A stretch of 64,000 nucleotides of DNA from Thermoanaerobaculia bacterium (GCA_963816185.1 CAWFJJ010000005.1:32001-96000); one strand, 5' to 3'; counted from the stretch's first letter, positions 7,617 through 18,750 are shown. The notes: generated from the sequence alone by a model not told the origin. Made by a program: numbers and translations.

Positions 7617-10196
7617 TCAACGCGCGGCGGATGGCGGCGTGATCAGCTTCTGGAACGCCGCATTGTCCTTCAGATCCACGAATTCCGGCTCCCGGGCGAT
7701 CTGGGTCGTGCCGAGGCCTTCCTCCACAGCTCTCTGGAGCAGGTCGAGCGCCTCCTTCTTCCTTCCGAGGGTGTTCTGGACGATCGCGGCGCGGAAGAGC
7801 ACGTTGCGGTCGTTCGGATCCAGCACCACGGCCTGGTTCACGGTCGCAAGCGCCTGCTCCGCCCGGCCCGTCCGGGCCTCGGCTTTCGCGACGTAGGTAA
7901 GCGTGGCCGCTTCGAGGGCGTGCACCTTGCGCTCCGTCTCGGCGAGCTCGAGCGCCTTCTCGTAGCTCGCCTTAGCCCGGTCCGCGAGGCCGGGCGCGAA
8001 CGTGTACGCGTCCCCGAGGTTGACGCGATAGCGCAGCTCGAACGGCGCGAGGTCCACGGCCTTTGCGAACGCGGCCGCGGCTTCGCCGGACTGTCCGAGC
8101 AGATACTCGCAGGTTCCGAGGTTCGACCAGGCGTTCGCGTCCGGGGGAGGAAGCGCCACGGCGCGCCGAAGAGCGGCCTCGGCTTCCGGGAGATTTCCGA
8201 GGCGCAGGAGCACCGCTCCCGCGTTGCTCTGGGCGCGCGCGCTCGTCGGGTTCTTGTCCACCGACAAACGGAAATACTCGAGCGACTTCGCGAGGTCCTT
8301 GCGCTCGAAGTAGAGCACGCCGAGCTTGTTGTACGAGGACCAGTACTCCGGGTTCATCCGGATCGCGTCGCGGTATGCAGCTTCGGCCTCCGCTTTTTCT
8401 CCCGCCTTCGAAAGCGCTTCTCCGAGGGCATTCGTCGTGTCCGCGGAAGGCGCCTGCCTCTCGATCGCGCGCCGGATCTCGACGACCGCCTCCTTCGGCT
8501 TGTTCATCGCCGTGAGAAGCTCGCCGAACGCGAGGTGGGCCTCGGGCGACCGATCGTCCAGCGCGATTGCGCGTTCGACGGCTGCGCGGGCCGCGTCGGC
8601 GGCGACAGGATCCTTCGTGGAGCGGTAGCGCTCGATCCAGGCCCGCCCGAGCGCGGACTGCACGAGAGCCGAGCGATCGCCGCCCGCGATCCCCTTCAGC
8701 AGGTCGATGGCCTGAAGCAGCGAGCGCGAATCGTCGTATCGGCGAAGGAGCCCGAGCGCCTTGTAGTACGGCTCGCCTTCGGACGGCCGGTTCGACGCCA
8801 CCGCGCCCGAGGTGGCCGCGCTGTCGAGGTGAACGCGGAGAGAGGCCACGATGCTCTCGACGAGGCGGTCCTCGACCGCGAACTGGTCGGACGCGGAGCC
8901 CTCGACTTCGTCGCCCGCGAGACGGTCGGGGGAGCCTGTGGCGAGGAGGCTGTACGTGAGGCGCACCCGGTCGCCCTGAATCCGGTAGACGCCCTGGAGC
9001 AGCAGGTTCGCGCCGCGGTCGCGCGCGTAGCGGGCGAGCTCCGAGTCGGGTGCTGCGGATCCCCCCGCGGTCATGACCATGATCTTCTGAACCTTCGTGA
9101 GCCGGGCCGCGACGCTCTCGGTGAGGCCGTCAACCAGGAGCTGTCCGTCGGGTCGGCCGGAGAGATCCTTGAAAGGCATGAGCGCGAGGAATTTTTCTTT
9201 CGGGAGAGCCCCGTCGCCCGCGCGCGTGCGAAGAAGGAATGCGATCGCGAGGGCGGCGGCCACGGCGCCGGCCGCGGCCAGCCAGCGCAGCGGGCGGCGG
9301 GTCGTTTGAACGGGCGCCATGGTCTGGACGGTGGAGCGGCTGGCGAACGCGCCGTCGAGCGCCGCCTTCACGTCGCCCACGTCCCGAAAGCGGCGCTCGA
9401 GGTCCTTCTCGAGAAGGCCGTGCAGGAGATCGCGCACGGAGGGTGGGGTCTCTGAGGGCAGGGCCTCCCAGTTCGGATCGTGGTCGAGGATCGCGACGAG
9501 AATGTCCGAAAGCGTCTCGCCGTCGAAGGCTTTCCGGCCGGCGAGCATTTCATACAGGAGGCATCCGAACGACCAGACGTCGCTCCGCACGTCGAGGGCG
9601 CGTCCGCGCGCCTGCTCGGGGCTCATGTAGCTGGCGGTCCCCAGAATGATGCCTTGGCGCGTGCCGTCCGCCGCGGCCGTGGGCGACTGCGAGATCTCGG
9701 GCGAGGCGTTCGAGCCGGCGAAGGCTTTCGCGAGGCCGAAGTCGAGGAGCTTCACTCGTCCCTCGGGCGTCACCTTGACGTTCGCGGGCTTGAGATCGCG
9801 ATGGAGGACGCCCTTGCCGTGCGCGGCCCCGAGAGCCTCGGCGATCTGACGGGCGATCGCGAGCGCTTCGGCGGCGGGAATCTGCCCACGGGCGATGCGT
9901 TGCTTGAGCGTCTCGCCGGCCACGAGCTCGAGGCAAAGGAAGTGTGTGCCGTCGACCTCCTCGAAGCTGTAGATCGCGCCGATGCCCGGGTGGTTCAGGG
10001 ACGCGAGGACGTGGGCCTCGCGCGTGAAGCGCGACAGGCGTTCGGCGTCGCTCGCGAACGCTTCGGGCAGGATCTTCAGGGCGACCTCGCGCTGGAGGCG
10101 CGTGTCGCGCGCGCGCCAGACCTCGCCCATGCCACCGGCTCCGAGAGGGCCGAGAATCTCGTAGGCCCCGAGGCGCGAGCCGGGTGAGACGCGCAT
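7617..10196 (-). CDS. Membrane Ser/Thr kinase with TolB-N-like and TPR extracytoplasmic domains
   Basis: LGAGGMGEVW, HRDLKPAN, DFGLAK, GTASYMSPEQ, TM, LALMPFKDLS, many TPRs. Confidence 0.95.
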   Translation of the reverse strand: MRVSPGSRLGAYEILGPLGAGGMGEVWRARDTRLQREVALKILPEAFASDAERLSRFTREAHVLASLNHPGIGAIYSFEEVDGTHFLCLELVAGETLKQRIARGQIPAAEALAIARQIAEALGAAHGKGVLHRDLKPANVKVTPEGRVKLLDFGLAKAFAGSNASPEISQSPTAAADGTRQGIILGTASYMSPEQARGRALDVRSDVWSFGCLLYEMLAGRKAFDGETLSDILVAILDHDPNWEALPSETPPSVRDLLHGLLEKDLERRFRDVGDVKAALDGAFASRSTVQTMAPVQTTRRPLRWLAAAGAVAAALAIAFLLRTRAGDGALPKEKFLALMPFKDLSGRPDGQLLVDGLTESVAARLTKVQKIMVMTAGGSAAPDSELARYARDRGANLLLQGVYRIQGDRVRLTYSLLATGSPDRLAGDEVEGSASDQFAVEDRLVESIVASLRVHLDSAATSGAVASNRPSEGEPYYKALGLLRRYDDSRSLLQAIDLLKGIAGGDRSALVQSALGRAWIERYRSTKDPVAADAARAAVERAIALDDRSPEAHLAFGELLTAMNKPKEAVVEIRRAIERQAPSADTTNALGEALSKAGEKAEAEAAYRDAIRMNPEYWSSYNKLGVLYFERKDLAKSLEYFRLSVDKNPTSARAQSNAGAVLLRLGNLPEAEAALRRAVALPPPDANAWSNLGTCEYLLGQSGEAAAAFAKAVDLAPFELRYRVNLGDAYTFAPGLADRAKASYEKALELAETERKVHALEAATLTYVAKAEARTGRAEQALATVNQAVVLDPNDRNVLFRAAIVQNTLGRKKEALDLLQRAVEEGLGTTQIAREPEFVDLKDNAAFQKLITPPSAAR

Positions 10197-10229
10197 GATG
10201 CTGTCCCCGATTATCTACAATCAGGGCTC

Positions 10230-11678
10230 ATGTTCGTTCGCTGGACGCACGCCGCTCGTTCGCGCCTTTTCGTTCTCGGGGTTTCCGTCCTTTGCCAGGC
10301 TCTTTTCGCGCGGACCGCTCGCGGCTCCGGCACGGAGGCGTCGGCGCTGTGGGAGGCGTGGCCGCACACGGTCGAGATCTCGCCGTTCGCTCTCAAGCAC
10401 GAGGAGCTGCGCGCCCGGCTCGCCGCGATCGCCACGCGATATCCCGGGCTCTTCTCGATCGCGGAGGAAGGCGTTTCGGCCGAGGGACGGAAGATCCCGC
10501 TTCTTCTCGTCGGCTCCGGTCCGACGACGGTCCTCCTCTGGTCGCAGATGCACGGCGACGAGCCCACGGCGACCGTCGCGCTTCTCGACGTCCTCGAGCA
10601 GCTCGGAAAGACGAGAAAGACGCCCGAGACGGAGCGCCTTCTCTCGCGGCTCACGCTCGCGATCATCCCGATGCTCAATCCGGACGGGGCCGCGCGGACG
10701 CGCCGCACGAACGCGCAGGGCATCGACATCAACCGTGACGCGCTGCGCCTTCAAACGCCCGAAGGGCGCTTTCTCAAGGCCGTGCGCGACCGGCTGAAGC
10801 CCGCCGTCGGGTACAACCTCCACAACCACAGCCCGAATGTGACGGCGGGGAAGCACGGCAAGCAGGTCGCGATCTCGCTCCTGTCCGTTCCCTTCGACGA
10901 CGCGTTCACCGTGAACGAAGGGCGGAGGACGACCATGCGGATGGCCGTTCTCGTGCGGCGGCTTCTCGAGCCGTGGGCGAAGGATCGCGTGGCCCGCTAC
11001 GACATGGACTACACCGCGCGCGCCTTCGGCGATTCGATGACGCGCTGGGGCACGCCGACGCTTCTCATCGAGTCGGGAGGCTTCTTCGGGCCCGACGAGG
11101 CGAATACGCTCGTGCGCCTCAATTTCGTCGCGCTTCTCGGCACCCTTCACGCGCTCGCCGACGGCTCGCTCGCGAACGTGGACGCCAAGGCGTACGACTC
11201 GATTCCGCTGAACGCGCGGGACCGCCTTTTTGACGTCCTCGTGCGCAACGCGCGCGTCATCGGAGGCGGCGGCCTCCCGCCCTATCTCGCGGACGTAGGC
11301 CTGAACGTCGCGTCCACGCGCCCCGGCTTCTCGGGTCCCTCTCCACGCGGGATGCGCGCAGGCGTCCTCGAGGTGGGCGACCTCACGGACTTTCTCGGCA
11401 AGACCGAGGTCGATCTCGACGGCCGGCTTCTCGTCGTCGCCCCGCCGGGCGGCAGGGAAGGCTGGAAGAGGACGCTCGATGACCTGGCCCGGCGCGGCCT
11501 CGTGACGGCGGACGGTCTCCTCGCGCTTTCCGAGTCCGACCTGTCCACCGAGGCGAAGGCGTGGCTCGGCGGTACCGCGCCCCTCGCGCCGGGCTACGGC
11601 GGGGACTTCCTGGTCCTTCAGCCGGCGGCCCCGGGTCGCTTCCGCGTCGAGCGCCGGATTTCGCCTGTCGAGCCCTGA
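10230..11678 (+). CDS. M14 zinc carboxypeptidase
   Basis: QMHGDEP, PMLNPDG, RRTNAQGIDINRD, NLH motifs; signal peptide. Confidence 0.9.
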   Translation: MFVRWTHAARSRLFVLGVSVLCQALFARTARGSGTEASALWEAWPHTVEISPFALKHEELRARLAAIATRYPGLFSIAEEGVSAEGRKIPLLLVGSGPTTVLLWSQMHGDEPTATVALLDVLEQLGKTRKTPETERLLSRLTLAIIPMLNPDGAARTRRTNAQGIDINRDALRLQTPEGRFLKAVRDRLKPAVGYNLHNHSPNVTAGKHGKQVAISLLSVPFDDAFTVNEGRRTTMRMAVLVRRLLEPWAKDRVARYDMDYTARAFGDSMTRWGTPTLLIESGGFFGPDEANTLVRLNFVALLGTLHALADGSLANVDAKAYDSIPLNARDRLFDVLVRNARVIGGGGLPPYLADVGLNVASTRPGFSGPSPRGMRAGVLEVGDLTDFLGKTEVDLDGRLLVVAPPGGREGWKRTLDDLARRGLVTADGLLALSESDLSTEAKAWLGGTAPLAPGYGGDFLVLQPAAPGRFRVERRISPVEP

Positions 11679-11711
11679 GCCGCTCGCCGTGTCGCGACAG
11701 ACGTTCTTTCC

Positions 11712-12197
11712 TCAGCTTCCGACGAGGGCGGCCGCACGCGATGCGGCGCTGGCCTTCACCGGCGCACGGTCGCAGTAGCGCGCCCAGATCGTCGCGGCCG
11801 CAAGCAGGATGACACCCGCGGTCGTTGCGAGGAATACCGCCACCGGGCGCGTCTTCCGCACGGGCGCGACGGAGAGCGAGGAGATCAGGCGCTCGGCGCT
11901 CGTCGTCTCGCGTGACTCGGTCTCGAAGACGGCGTCGACCTCTCCGAACCGCACGGCCGTCCCCGCGGCGAGCGGCGCCTCCTTCACGCGGATGCCGCCG
12001 ACGCTCGTGCCGTTCGCGCTGCCGAGGTCGCGCACGACCCAGCCCTTCGGCGTCTTCTCCACGAGGGCGTGACGGCGGGAAACCGAGCGGCTCGCGAGGG
12101 AGACGTCGCAGTCCGGGTCGCGCCCGACGACCGCCTGCTGCTCGAAAACGTATCGGCGCGCCGTGCCCTCGTCGCGGACGGTCAGGACACCGGGCAT
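11712..12197 (-). CDS. FHA domain protein with C-terminal TM
   Basis: VGRDPDCD, SVSRRHA, DLGSANGT. Confidence 0.9.
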   Translation of the reverse strand: MPGVLTVRDEGTARRYVFEQQAVVGRDPDCDVSLASRSVSRRHALVEKTPKGWVVRDLGSANGTSVGGIRVKEAPLAAGTAVRFGEVDAVFETESRETTSAERLISSLSVAPVRKTRPVAVFLATTAGVILLAAATIWARYCDRAPVKASAASRAAALVGS

Positions 12198-12221
12198 GGA
12201 TCCTCTTCTCCTCGCGGAATC

Positions 12222-13601
12222 TTATGCCGGCCGCGGGACGGCGGGCGAATCGTCCTCGGCGACGGGGGGGCCGAGGACGAACGCGACGTCTCCGACGTTC
12301 GTGCCGGTCGGCCCCGGGGAGAACGCATCGCCGAGCGCCTCGAAGAACGGGCCGGTGTCGTTGTCGAGGAGCGCGTGCGCGGGATCGAGCCCCAACGCCT
12401 CGGCGCGCGCAAGCGTCGTGCCGTCGACGAAGGCGCCGGCGGCGTCCGGCTCGTTATCGACGCCGTCCGTCCCCGCGCAGAGGATCGCGATGCCGGGAAC
12501 CTCCGCGATCTCGCGCGCCGCGGCGAGCGCGACCTCGCGGTTTCGGCCGCCGTGGCCGCGACCCTTCACCGTGACGGTCGTCTCGCCTCCGAGGATCGTC
12601 ACGTGGCGCCTCGGGGTGAGCGCGGATCTCTGGCGTCTCAGGTTCCCTGCGGTCGCGCCCGCGTAGGCGAGATGGCCGCCCACGGCGCGCGCCTCGCCCG
12701 AGAGAAGCTCGTGCACGACGCGCGGCTCGATGCCGAGGCGCAGCGCCTCGGCGCGCGCGCCTTCGAGCGCCGTGCGGACGTCCGCGAGGAGCACGCTCCA
12801 GCGCGGCCCGCCCGGCCGCGTCGGCGCGGGCTCGTGCCCGTACGAGAGGTGGGCGCGCACGGACGGAGGCACGAGCGATGCGATCCGGTACCGCTCGAGC
12901 AGCGCGCGCGCCTCGAACGGCCGCGTCGGCCAGCCGAGCGTCGGACCCGACGCGACGAGATGCCAGCCGGCGTCGCCGAGGTCGGAAAGCACGAGCGTCA
13001 GGACGTCGGCGGCGCCCGCGGCAGCCGCGAGACGACCGCCCTTGACGCGCGACAGCGCGGCGCGAACGGCGTTCACGTCGGCGATCGGCGCGCCCGCCGC
13101 CAGGAGCAGCGCCGACGTCTTCGATTTGTCCTCGAGCGAGATTCCCGGCGCGGGCGCGCACAGAAGGCTCGAGCCCCCTCCCGATAGGAGGACGACGAAG
13201 AGATCGTCCTTGCCGAGGGAGAGGGCGAGCGAAAGGGCTGCCCTTCCCGCGACGAGGCTGCCCGCGTCGGGAAGGGGATGGCGCGCCGCGATCGTGCGCG
13301 CCGAGGGAGGCAGCGTCCGGAAGGGAGCGTCCTGAGGCGCGACGACGAGCATCTCGTCGATGCGCGAGCCGAGCGTCGTGTGCGCGGCGGCCGCCATCGG
13401 GACCGCAGCCTTGCCGACGGCCAGCACGGCCACGCGCGAGGGCGCGAAGACGAACTCGCGACGCGCGCGCGACGACACGGAGCGGACGAAGACGCCGGCC
13501 CCGCGGCGTCCGAGCGCCTCGGAAACGAGGACCGCCGGATCGACGGCCGCAACCGCAGCGCGATAGAGCTGCATGAGGATTTCGCGTGATTCCACGAGCA
13601 A
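12222..13601 (-). CDS. Glycerate kinase type 2 (DUF4147/MOFRL)
   Basis: GKAAVPMA, HPLPD, LLSGGGSSL, VKGGRLA, ASGPT, GGETTV, GGRN, GTDGVD, TGTNVGD. Confidence 0.92.
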   Translation of the reverse strand: MLVESREILMQLYRAAVAAVDPAVLVSEALGRRGAGVFVRSVSSRARREFVFAPSRVAVLAVGKAAVPMAAAAHTTLGSRIDEMLVVAPQDAPFRTLPPSARTIAARHPLPDAGSLVAGRAALSLALSLGKDDLFVVLLSGGGSSLLCAPAPGISLEDKSKTSALLLAAGAPIADVNAVRAALSRVKGGRLAAAAGAADVLTLVLSDLGDAGWHLVASGPTLGWPTRPFEARALLERYRIASLVPPSVRAHLSYGHEPAPTRPGGPRWSVLLADVRTALEGARAEALRLGIEPRVVHELLSGEARAVGGHLAYAGATAGNLRRQRSALTPRRHVTILGGETTVTVKGRGHGGRNREVALAAAREIAEVPGIAILCAGTDGVDNEPDAAGAFVDGTTLARAEALGLDPAHALLDNDTGPFFEALGDAFSPGPTGTNVGDVAFVLGPPVAEDDSPAVPRPA

Positions 13602-13675
13602 CGCAGTCTATCGAAGGTGCTTCGCGGGAGTAAGATTGTTCCTATGCCGCGTCCGGCGGCGCAGGGAGACTCATC

Positions 13676-13951
13676 ATGGCACGTACACGGGTTGGCGACA
13701 TTCTCGGGTCGATGCGCGAAGGCCTCTCCGATGCCGGCGAGAAGGGGCAGGATCTCGCGCGGGACGTGGCGGAGCGCGTGGAAGACGTCCTCGACGAAGC
13801 GGGAGTTCAGGGAAAGCGCATTCGCAAGGAGCTCGCGCGCCGGTGGAGGACGGTCGATCGCGTCGGCCGCGAGAACGCCTTCGTCATGGCGATCGCCGCG
13901 CTCGGGGTCGGGATCGTCGTCGGCTACCTCCTCACGCGCGACGACGACTAA
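13676..13951 (+). CDS. Small tail-anchored membrane protein (ElaB/DUF883-like)
   Basis: Coiled N-terminal part; C-terminal IAALGVGIVVGYLL; SD GGAG. Confidence 0.65.
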   Translation: MARTRVGDILGSMREGLSDAGEKGQDLARDVAERVEDVLDEAGVQGKRIRKELARRWRTVDRVGRENAFVMAIAALGVGIVVGYLLTRDDD

Positions 13952-13977
13952 CGGAACCGACGTTTCCTTCGCAGACG

Positions 13978-14238
13978 CTAGGCGAAGTGGTCGGCGTTGA
14001 TCTGCTGGTAGTGCTTCCACTTCTCCGGGATGGTCTCTTCCGTGAAGATGGCCTTGACGGGGCACACCGGCTCGCAGTTCCCGCACTGAATGCACGTGTT
14101 CGGGTCGATGTAGAGCATCGTCGCCTCGGCGAACCCGTCCTCGTCCTTCTTCGGGTGGATGCAGTCCACGGGGCAGACCTCGACGCAGGCGGTGTCCTTC
14201 GTCCCGATGCACGGCTCGGCGATGATGTACATGCCCAT
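13978..14238 (-). CDS. FdxA-type ferredoxin (3Fe-4S/4Fe-4S)
   Basis: YIIAEPCIGTKDTACVEVCPVDCIH..CIQCGNCEPVCPV. Confidence 0.95.
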   Translation of the reverse strand: MGMYIIAEPCIGTKDTACVEVCPVDCIHPKKDEDGFAEATMLYIDPNTCIQCGNCEPVCPVKAIFTEETIPEKWKHYQQINADHFA

Positions 14239-14334
14239 GCGGAGGATCCTCCCCGGCGCGCGAGATTAGCACCGGGCGGTTGACGCGAGGCGGGCGCGCC
14301 ACGGAAGATCCGCGGACCGCCGACAGGAGGACTC

Positions 14335-15732
14335 GTGGATCTCGCCGAACGACTTCGGGTTCTCCGGACCGGATTCACCCGGTCCTTCTGGGTTGCAAAT
14401 TTCCTGGAGCTCTTCGAGCGCCTCGCGTACTACGGCAGCAAGGCCGTTCTCTCGATCTACATCTCCGACCACGTGGGTCTCGGCCCGGCGATGGCGACGG
14501 TACTGGCGGGGAGCGTCTTCAACACGCTCCTCTATCTCCTCCCGCCGCTCGCCGGCACGGTCGTGGACCGCTGGGGATTCCGGAAGAGCCTCGCGCTCTG
14601 CTTCGCGATCTTCTGCGTGGGCTACCTGCTGATCGGCCTCGCCGGTCTCCCGGCGGGCAGGCCCCTCGTCGCGGCCCTCGGCGGACCGAAGATCTATACG
14701 CTCTTCGCGCTCGTCGTCACCGCGATCGGCGGCTCGCTCATCAAGCCGAGCGTCGTCGGCACCGTCGCGCGGACGACGGCGCAGGACACGAAGGCCCTCG
14801 GCTACTCGATCTATTACATGCTCGTGAACATCGGCGGCGCGATCGGCCCGTTCCTCGCGGTGCCGGTCCGCGAGAACCTCGGCATCTCGTACGTCCTCGT
14901 CATGTCCTCGGCGACGACGTTTCTCCTGCTCGTCGGAACGCTCCTGTTCTTCAAGGAGCCGCCGCGGCCCGCCGACGCGCCGGAGCCGACCTCGTTCCGC
15001 AAGGTCCTCGGGGACATGGTGAAGGTCTTCGCGAACGCGCGCTTCATCACGTTCCTCGTCATCTTCTCCGGATTCTGGGTGATGTTCTGGCAGGTCTTCT
15101 ACTCGCTGCCGTTCTACGTGCGCGACGTCCTCCATTTCGCGCGCTTCGAGATCATCGAGACGGTGGACGCCTGGACCATCATCCTGATCACCGTGGCCGC
15201 CACGGCGATCGCGCAGAAGCTCAAACCGGTCGTCGCGATGACGATCGGGTTCGCGCTCGCGGCATCCTCGTGGTTCGTGATGGTCTATACGCCTCCCGCG
15301 CTCGCGCAGGTCCTTTCGTGGCCCGTCGTCTTCGTGATGAACCTCGTCCTTCGGCTCCTCGCGCTCGTCGGTCTGCCCGTGACCGTGGTCGACCTCACGC
15401 CGTCCATCGCGCCGACGGCGCTCGGCCTCATGGTGTTCGCGATCGGGGAAGGGCTGCAGGCGCCGCGCTACTACGAGTACGTCGCGGACCTCGCGCCGAA
15501 GGACCAGGTCGGCACGTACATGGGTTTCGCCTTCCTGCCGGTTGCGATCGGGACGTTCTTCGCGGGTCTGGTCGCCGGGCCTCTCGTCGAGCACTTCGTC
15601 GAGGGCTACAAAAGAGGCACGGTCGCGCATCCCGAAGGGATGTGGCTCGTCGTCGGGGGCATCGGCATCGTGGCCACGATCCTCATGCTCCTCTACGACC
15701 GGATCTTCGCGCCCAGGAGGGCGGCCGCCTGA
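14335..15732 (+). CDS. MFS/POT-family peptide transporter
   Basis: ELFERLAYYG (ExxER) and GYSIYYMLVNIG motifs; about 12 TMs. Confidence 0.9.
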   Translation: MDLAERLRVLRTGFTRSFWVANFLELFERLAYYGSKAVLSIYISDHVGLGPAMATVLAGSVFNTLLYLLPPLAGTVVDRWGFRKSLALCFAIFCVGYLLIGLAGLPAGRPLVAALGGPKIYTLFALVVTAIGGSLIKPSVVGTVARTTAQDTKALGYSIYYMLVNIGGAIGPFLAVPVRENLGISYVLVMSSATTFLLLVGTLLFFKEPPRPADAPEPTSFRKVLGDMVKVFANARFITFLVIFSGFWVMFWQVFYSLPFYVRDVLHFARFEIIETVDAWTIILITVAATAIAQKLKPVVAMTIGFALAASSWFVMVYTPPALAQVLSWPVVFVMNLVLRLLALVGLPVTVVDLTPSIAPTALGLMVFAIGEGLQAPRYYEYVADLAPKDQVGTYMGFAFLPVAIGTFFAGLVAGPLVEHFVEGYKRGTVAHPEGMWLVVGGIGIVATILMLLYDRIFAPRRAAA

Positions 15733-15747
15733 CGCGGCCCTGACGCC

Positions 15748-18740
15748 GTGTTTCTGCTCGCGCTCCTGGCGGGACTCGCGGCGCTCGGCCTCGGCGCTTG
15801 GCTTCGCGAGCGCGTCGCGCGCGACGCGGAGCGGTCGCACGGCTGGAATGGGAAGTCAGGTCTCTCAGAGAAGAAGTCCGGAAGATTTCTGCTCCCTCTC
15901 AGGCCGCACCGGTTGCCTCGTCCCCTGCTGACACATCGCAACGGGAATCGTCCGGAATTTCTTCGAAGGGGGAAGAGGGGCTCGAGCAGGCCGCGGCCGC
16001 CTCGCCCGCGAGTGACGTTGCCGAGCAGGCCGCGCCTCCGGTCGCATTCCCGATCCCCCTGGTCGCATTCACTCCGCCAAATATACCCCCTTCTAAGAAA
16101 TCACCGACGCGGCTGCTGCGGCGCCGCCCATCGACTCCGCCCTTCCGCTGCGAGAGGGAGCAGAAAAACCCCGTCGCCCCTGCGGCGCGCGTCGACTGGG
16201 AGAGCTTCGTCGGCGTGAAGCTCTTCTCGTGGGTCGCCGGAGTCTTCCTGACGATCGGGGCGGTCCTTTTCCTGCGCTACTCGATCGACCACGGGTGGCT
16301 GTCCCCGCCGGTCCAGATGGCGATCGGCCTTCTCGCGGGGACTGTCCTCCTCGTCGTCTGCGAGCTCAGGGCCGCGCGCCGTTACGCCGTCACGGCGAAC
16401 GCTCTCGACGCGGCGGGCCTCGCGATTCTCTTCGCCACGGTCTTCGCCGGGCACACGCGGTGGAACCTCATCGGCGTCGTCCCCGCCTTCCTCCTGATGG
16501 CCGTCATCGCGGCGCTCGGCGTCGCCCTCGCGCTGCGGCGCGACTCGCTTTTCATCGCGGCGCTCGGGCTCCTCGGCGGGTTCGCGACGCCCGCGCTTCT
16601 GTCGACTGGCGAGAACCGCGCGGTCGAGCTCTTCTCGTACCTCCTGATCCTGAATGCGGGGCTCGCCTGGGTGGCGCTCCGGAAGCGGTGGGCTCTTCTC
16701 TCGGTCGCGAGCCTGGTCTTGACGACGTGCTACCAGTGGGGCTGGGTCGTCCGCTTTCTCGCGGGCGAGAACCTGGGCCTTGCGGCCGGGATCTTCCTCG
16801 TGTTTCCGCTCGTCTTCGCCGCGGCCCCGGCCCTCGCGAGCCGCGAGCCGGGCTCGGGCGAAGACGTCTTCGGAAGGACGGCGGCCGTGGCGGCGGCGCT
16901 GCCCTCGCTCTTTGCGCTCTACGTCGCCGGCGTCGGCGCATACGGAGAGCACTGGGGGCTCCTGTTCGGCTTCCTCGCCCTTCTCGACGCGGGGCTCTTC
17001 GCGCTCGCCGTGTTTCGCGGACCGGCTCTCCTGCACGCGGTCTCGGGGATCGCGACGCTCGCCGTCCTCGGCGCGTGGTTCGTGAGGTCGATGACGCCGG
17101 ATCTCATGGAGCCGGGCCTGACCGCGGCCGTGGGTTTCTCTCTCTTCTACCTCTTCGCGCCCGCCCTGGCCGGATCCCTCAGGGAGAATCCGCCGCTCGC
17201 GGCGCGTCTCGCGGTGCTCGGCCTCCTCGGGCACGTCCTGCTCCTCTTCGTCGCGACGCAAAGGAGCCTGTCTGTTCCACCTGACCCGCGAGCCGCGGGC
17301 GCCCTCGCGCTCGTCACCGTCGCTGCGGGGCTCGCGGCGCGGCGCGGCGGAGCGTCGGAGGTGCACGCGGGCGCTCTCGCGCTCGGCCAGGGCGCCGTCC
17401 TCGCGTTCGCCCTCGTCGCGACACGCGCGCCGTGGCCCACGGCCGCGGTCGCGGCGGCAGTCGCGCTCGCTCTGTGGGGCGTGGGGGTCTGGGTCCTGGA
17501 CGGCCGGCGGGAATTCGCGCGGGCGGCGGTCGTCGGTCTCCTGCTCGCCGAGGTCGCGGCGATCACGGCGTCGCTCGCACGCGGCGCGCCGTCGGTCCCG
17601 GTCCATCTCACCGCGCTCGCGCTCTTCCTCGTGGCCCTCTTCTCGGTGGCGGCCGCGTCCGAGATGCCGAACGTGTCTCTCCTCGGCGGAGCGCTCGCGG
17701 TCCTGGCCGCCTACGTCTTCAGGCTCGGGCCGCCGCGCCACGACAGCTGGGATCAGGCGCTCGTCCTGGGAGCAGGCGTCTGGGTCCTCTGCCTGGCCCA
17801 TCCCGTTGCCCTCGGCAGGCGCGCCGCGCGCTCGTCGGAGCCTTATCTCCTGGCGGTTCTCGTGAGCGTGGCGCTCTTCCCTCTCTTTCGAGTTGGGCTC
17901 GAGGACGGCGGCTTCCACCGCGTCATCGGCCTCCTTCCGCTCGCTCTCGCGCTCGGGCTGTCGGCGCTCCTCGCGCGCCTCCTGACGCTCGGCGTGCCGC
18001 CGGAGGAGAATCGCGGGCGTCTCGCTCTCGTCGCCGGGGCGGCGCTCGCGTTCGTGACCGTCGCGATCCCGCTCCAGTTCGAGCGCGAATGGCTGACGCT
18101 GGGCTGGGCGCTTCTCGGCGCGGCCCTCGCGTGGCTGTGGGGACGCATCCCGCACCGCGCGCTCGTCCCCTGGTCTCTGGCGCTCTTCGGAGCCGCGTTC
18201 GTACGTCTCGCGTTGAACCCCGCCGTCCTGACCTATCACGCGCGCACGCCGACGCCGATCTGGAACTGGTACCTCGCCGTTTACGGCGTGGCGGCCGCGG
18301 CGTTCTTCGTCGCCTTCCGGCTCTTCGGCCGGACGGGTCCGGTTCCGTACCGTGCCGCCGTCCGCCTGCTGCCGGCGGGCGGCACGGCGCTCCTCTTCGT
18401 CCTCTTGAACCTCGAGATCGCCGACTTCTTCGCCGAGGGCCGCGTCCCGTCGTTCAACGTCCTCTCGTCGTCCTTGTCCGAGGGGCTCGCATACACGCTT
18501 TCGTGGGCGCTCTTCGCGATCGCGCTCCTCGTCGCGGGTCTCCTCGCCAGGAGCCGCCCGACCCGCATCGCGGCGATCGTCCTCCTCGTGGTCACGATCC
18601 TGAAGTGCTTCCTTTTCGACCTCGCGCAGCTCGGGGGCCTGTACCGCGTCGCCTCGTTCGTGGGCCTCGCGGCGTGCCTTGCGGCCGTCGCGCTGCTGCT
18701 TCAACGTTTCGTCCTCGCGCGGAGCGAATCGAGCCCGTGA
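15748..18740 (+). CDS. DUF2339 family large membrane protein (N-terminal frameshift near 15830; possibly more indels near 16100-16170)
   Basis: DWESFVGVKLFSWVAG, GGFATPALLSTG, C-terminal KCFLFDLAQLGGLYRVASFVGL. The N-terminal TM (FLLALLAGLAALG) lies in another frame. Confidence 0.85.
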
Positions 18741-18750
18741 ACGTCCTCGG

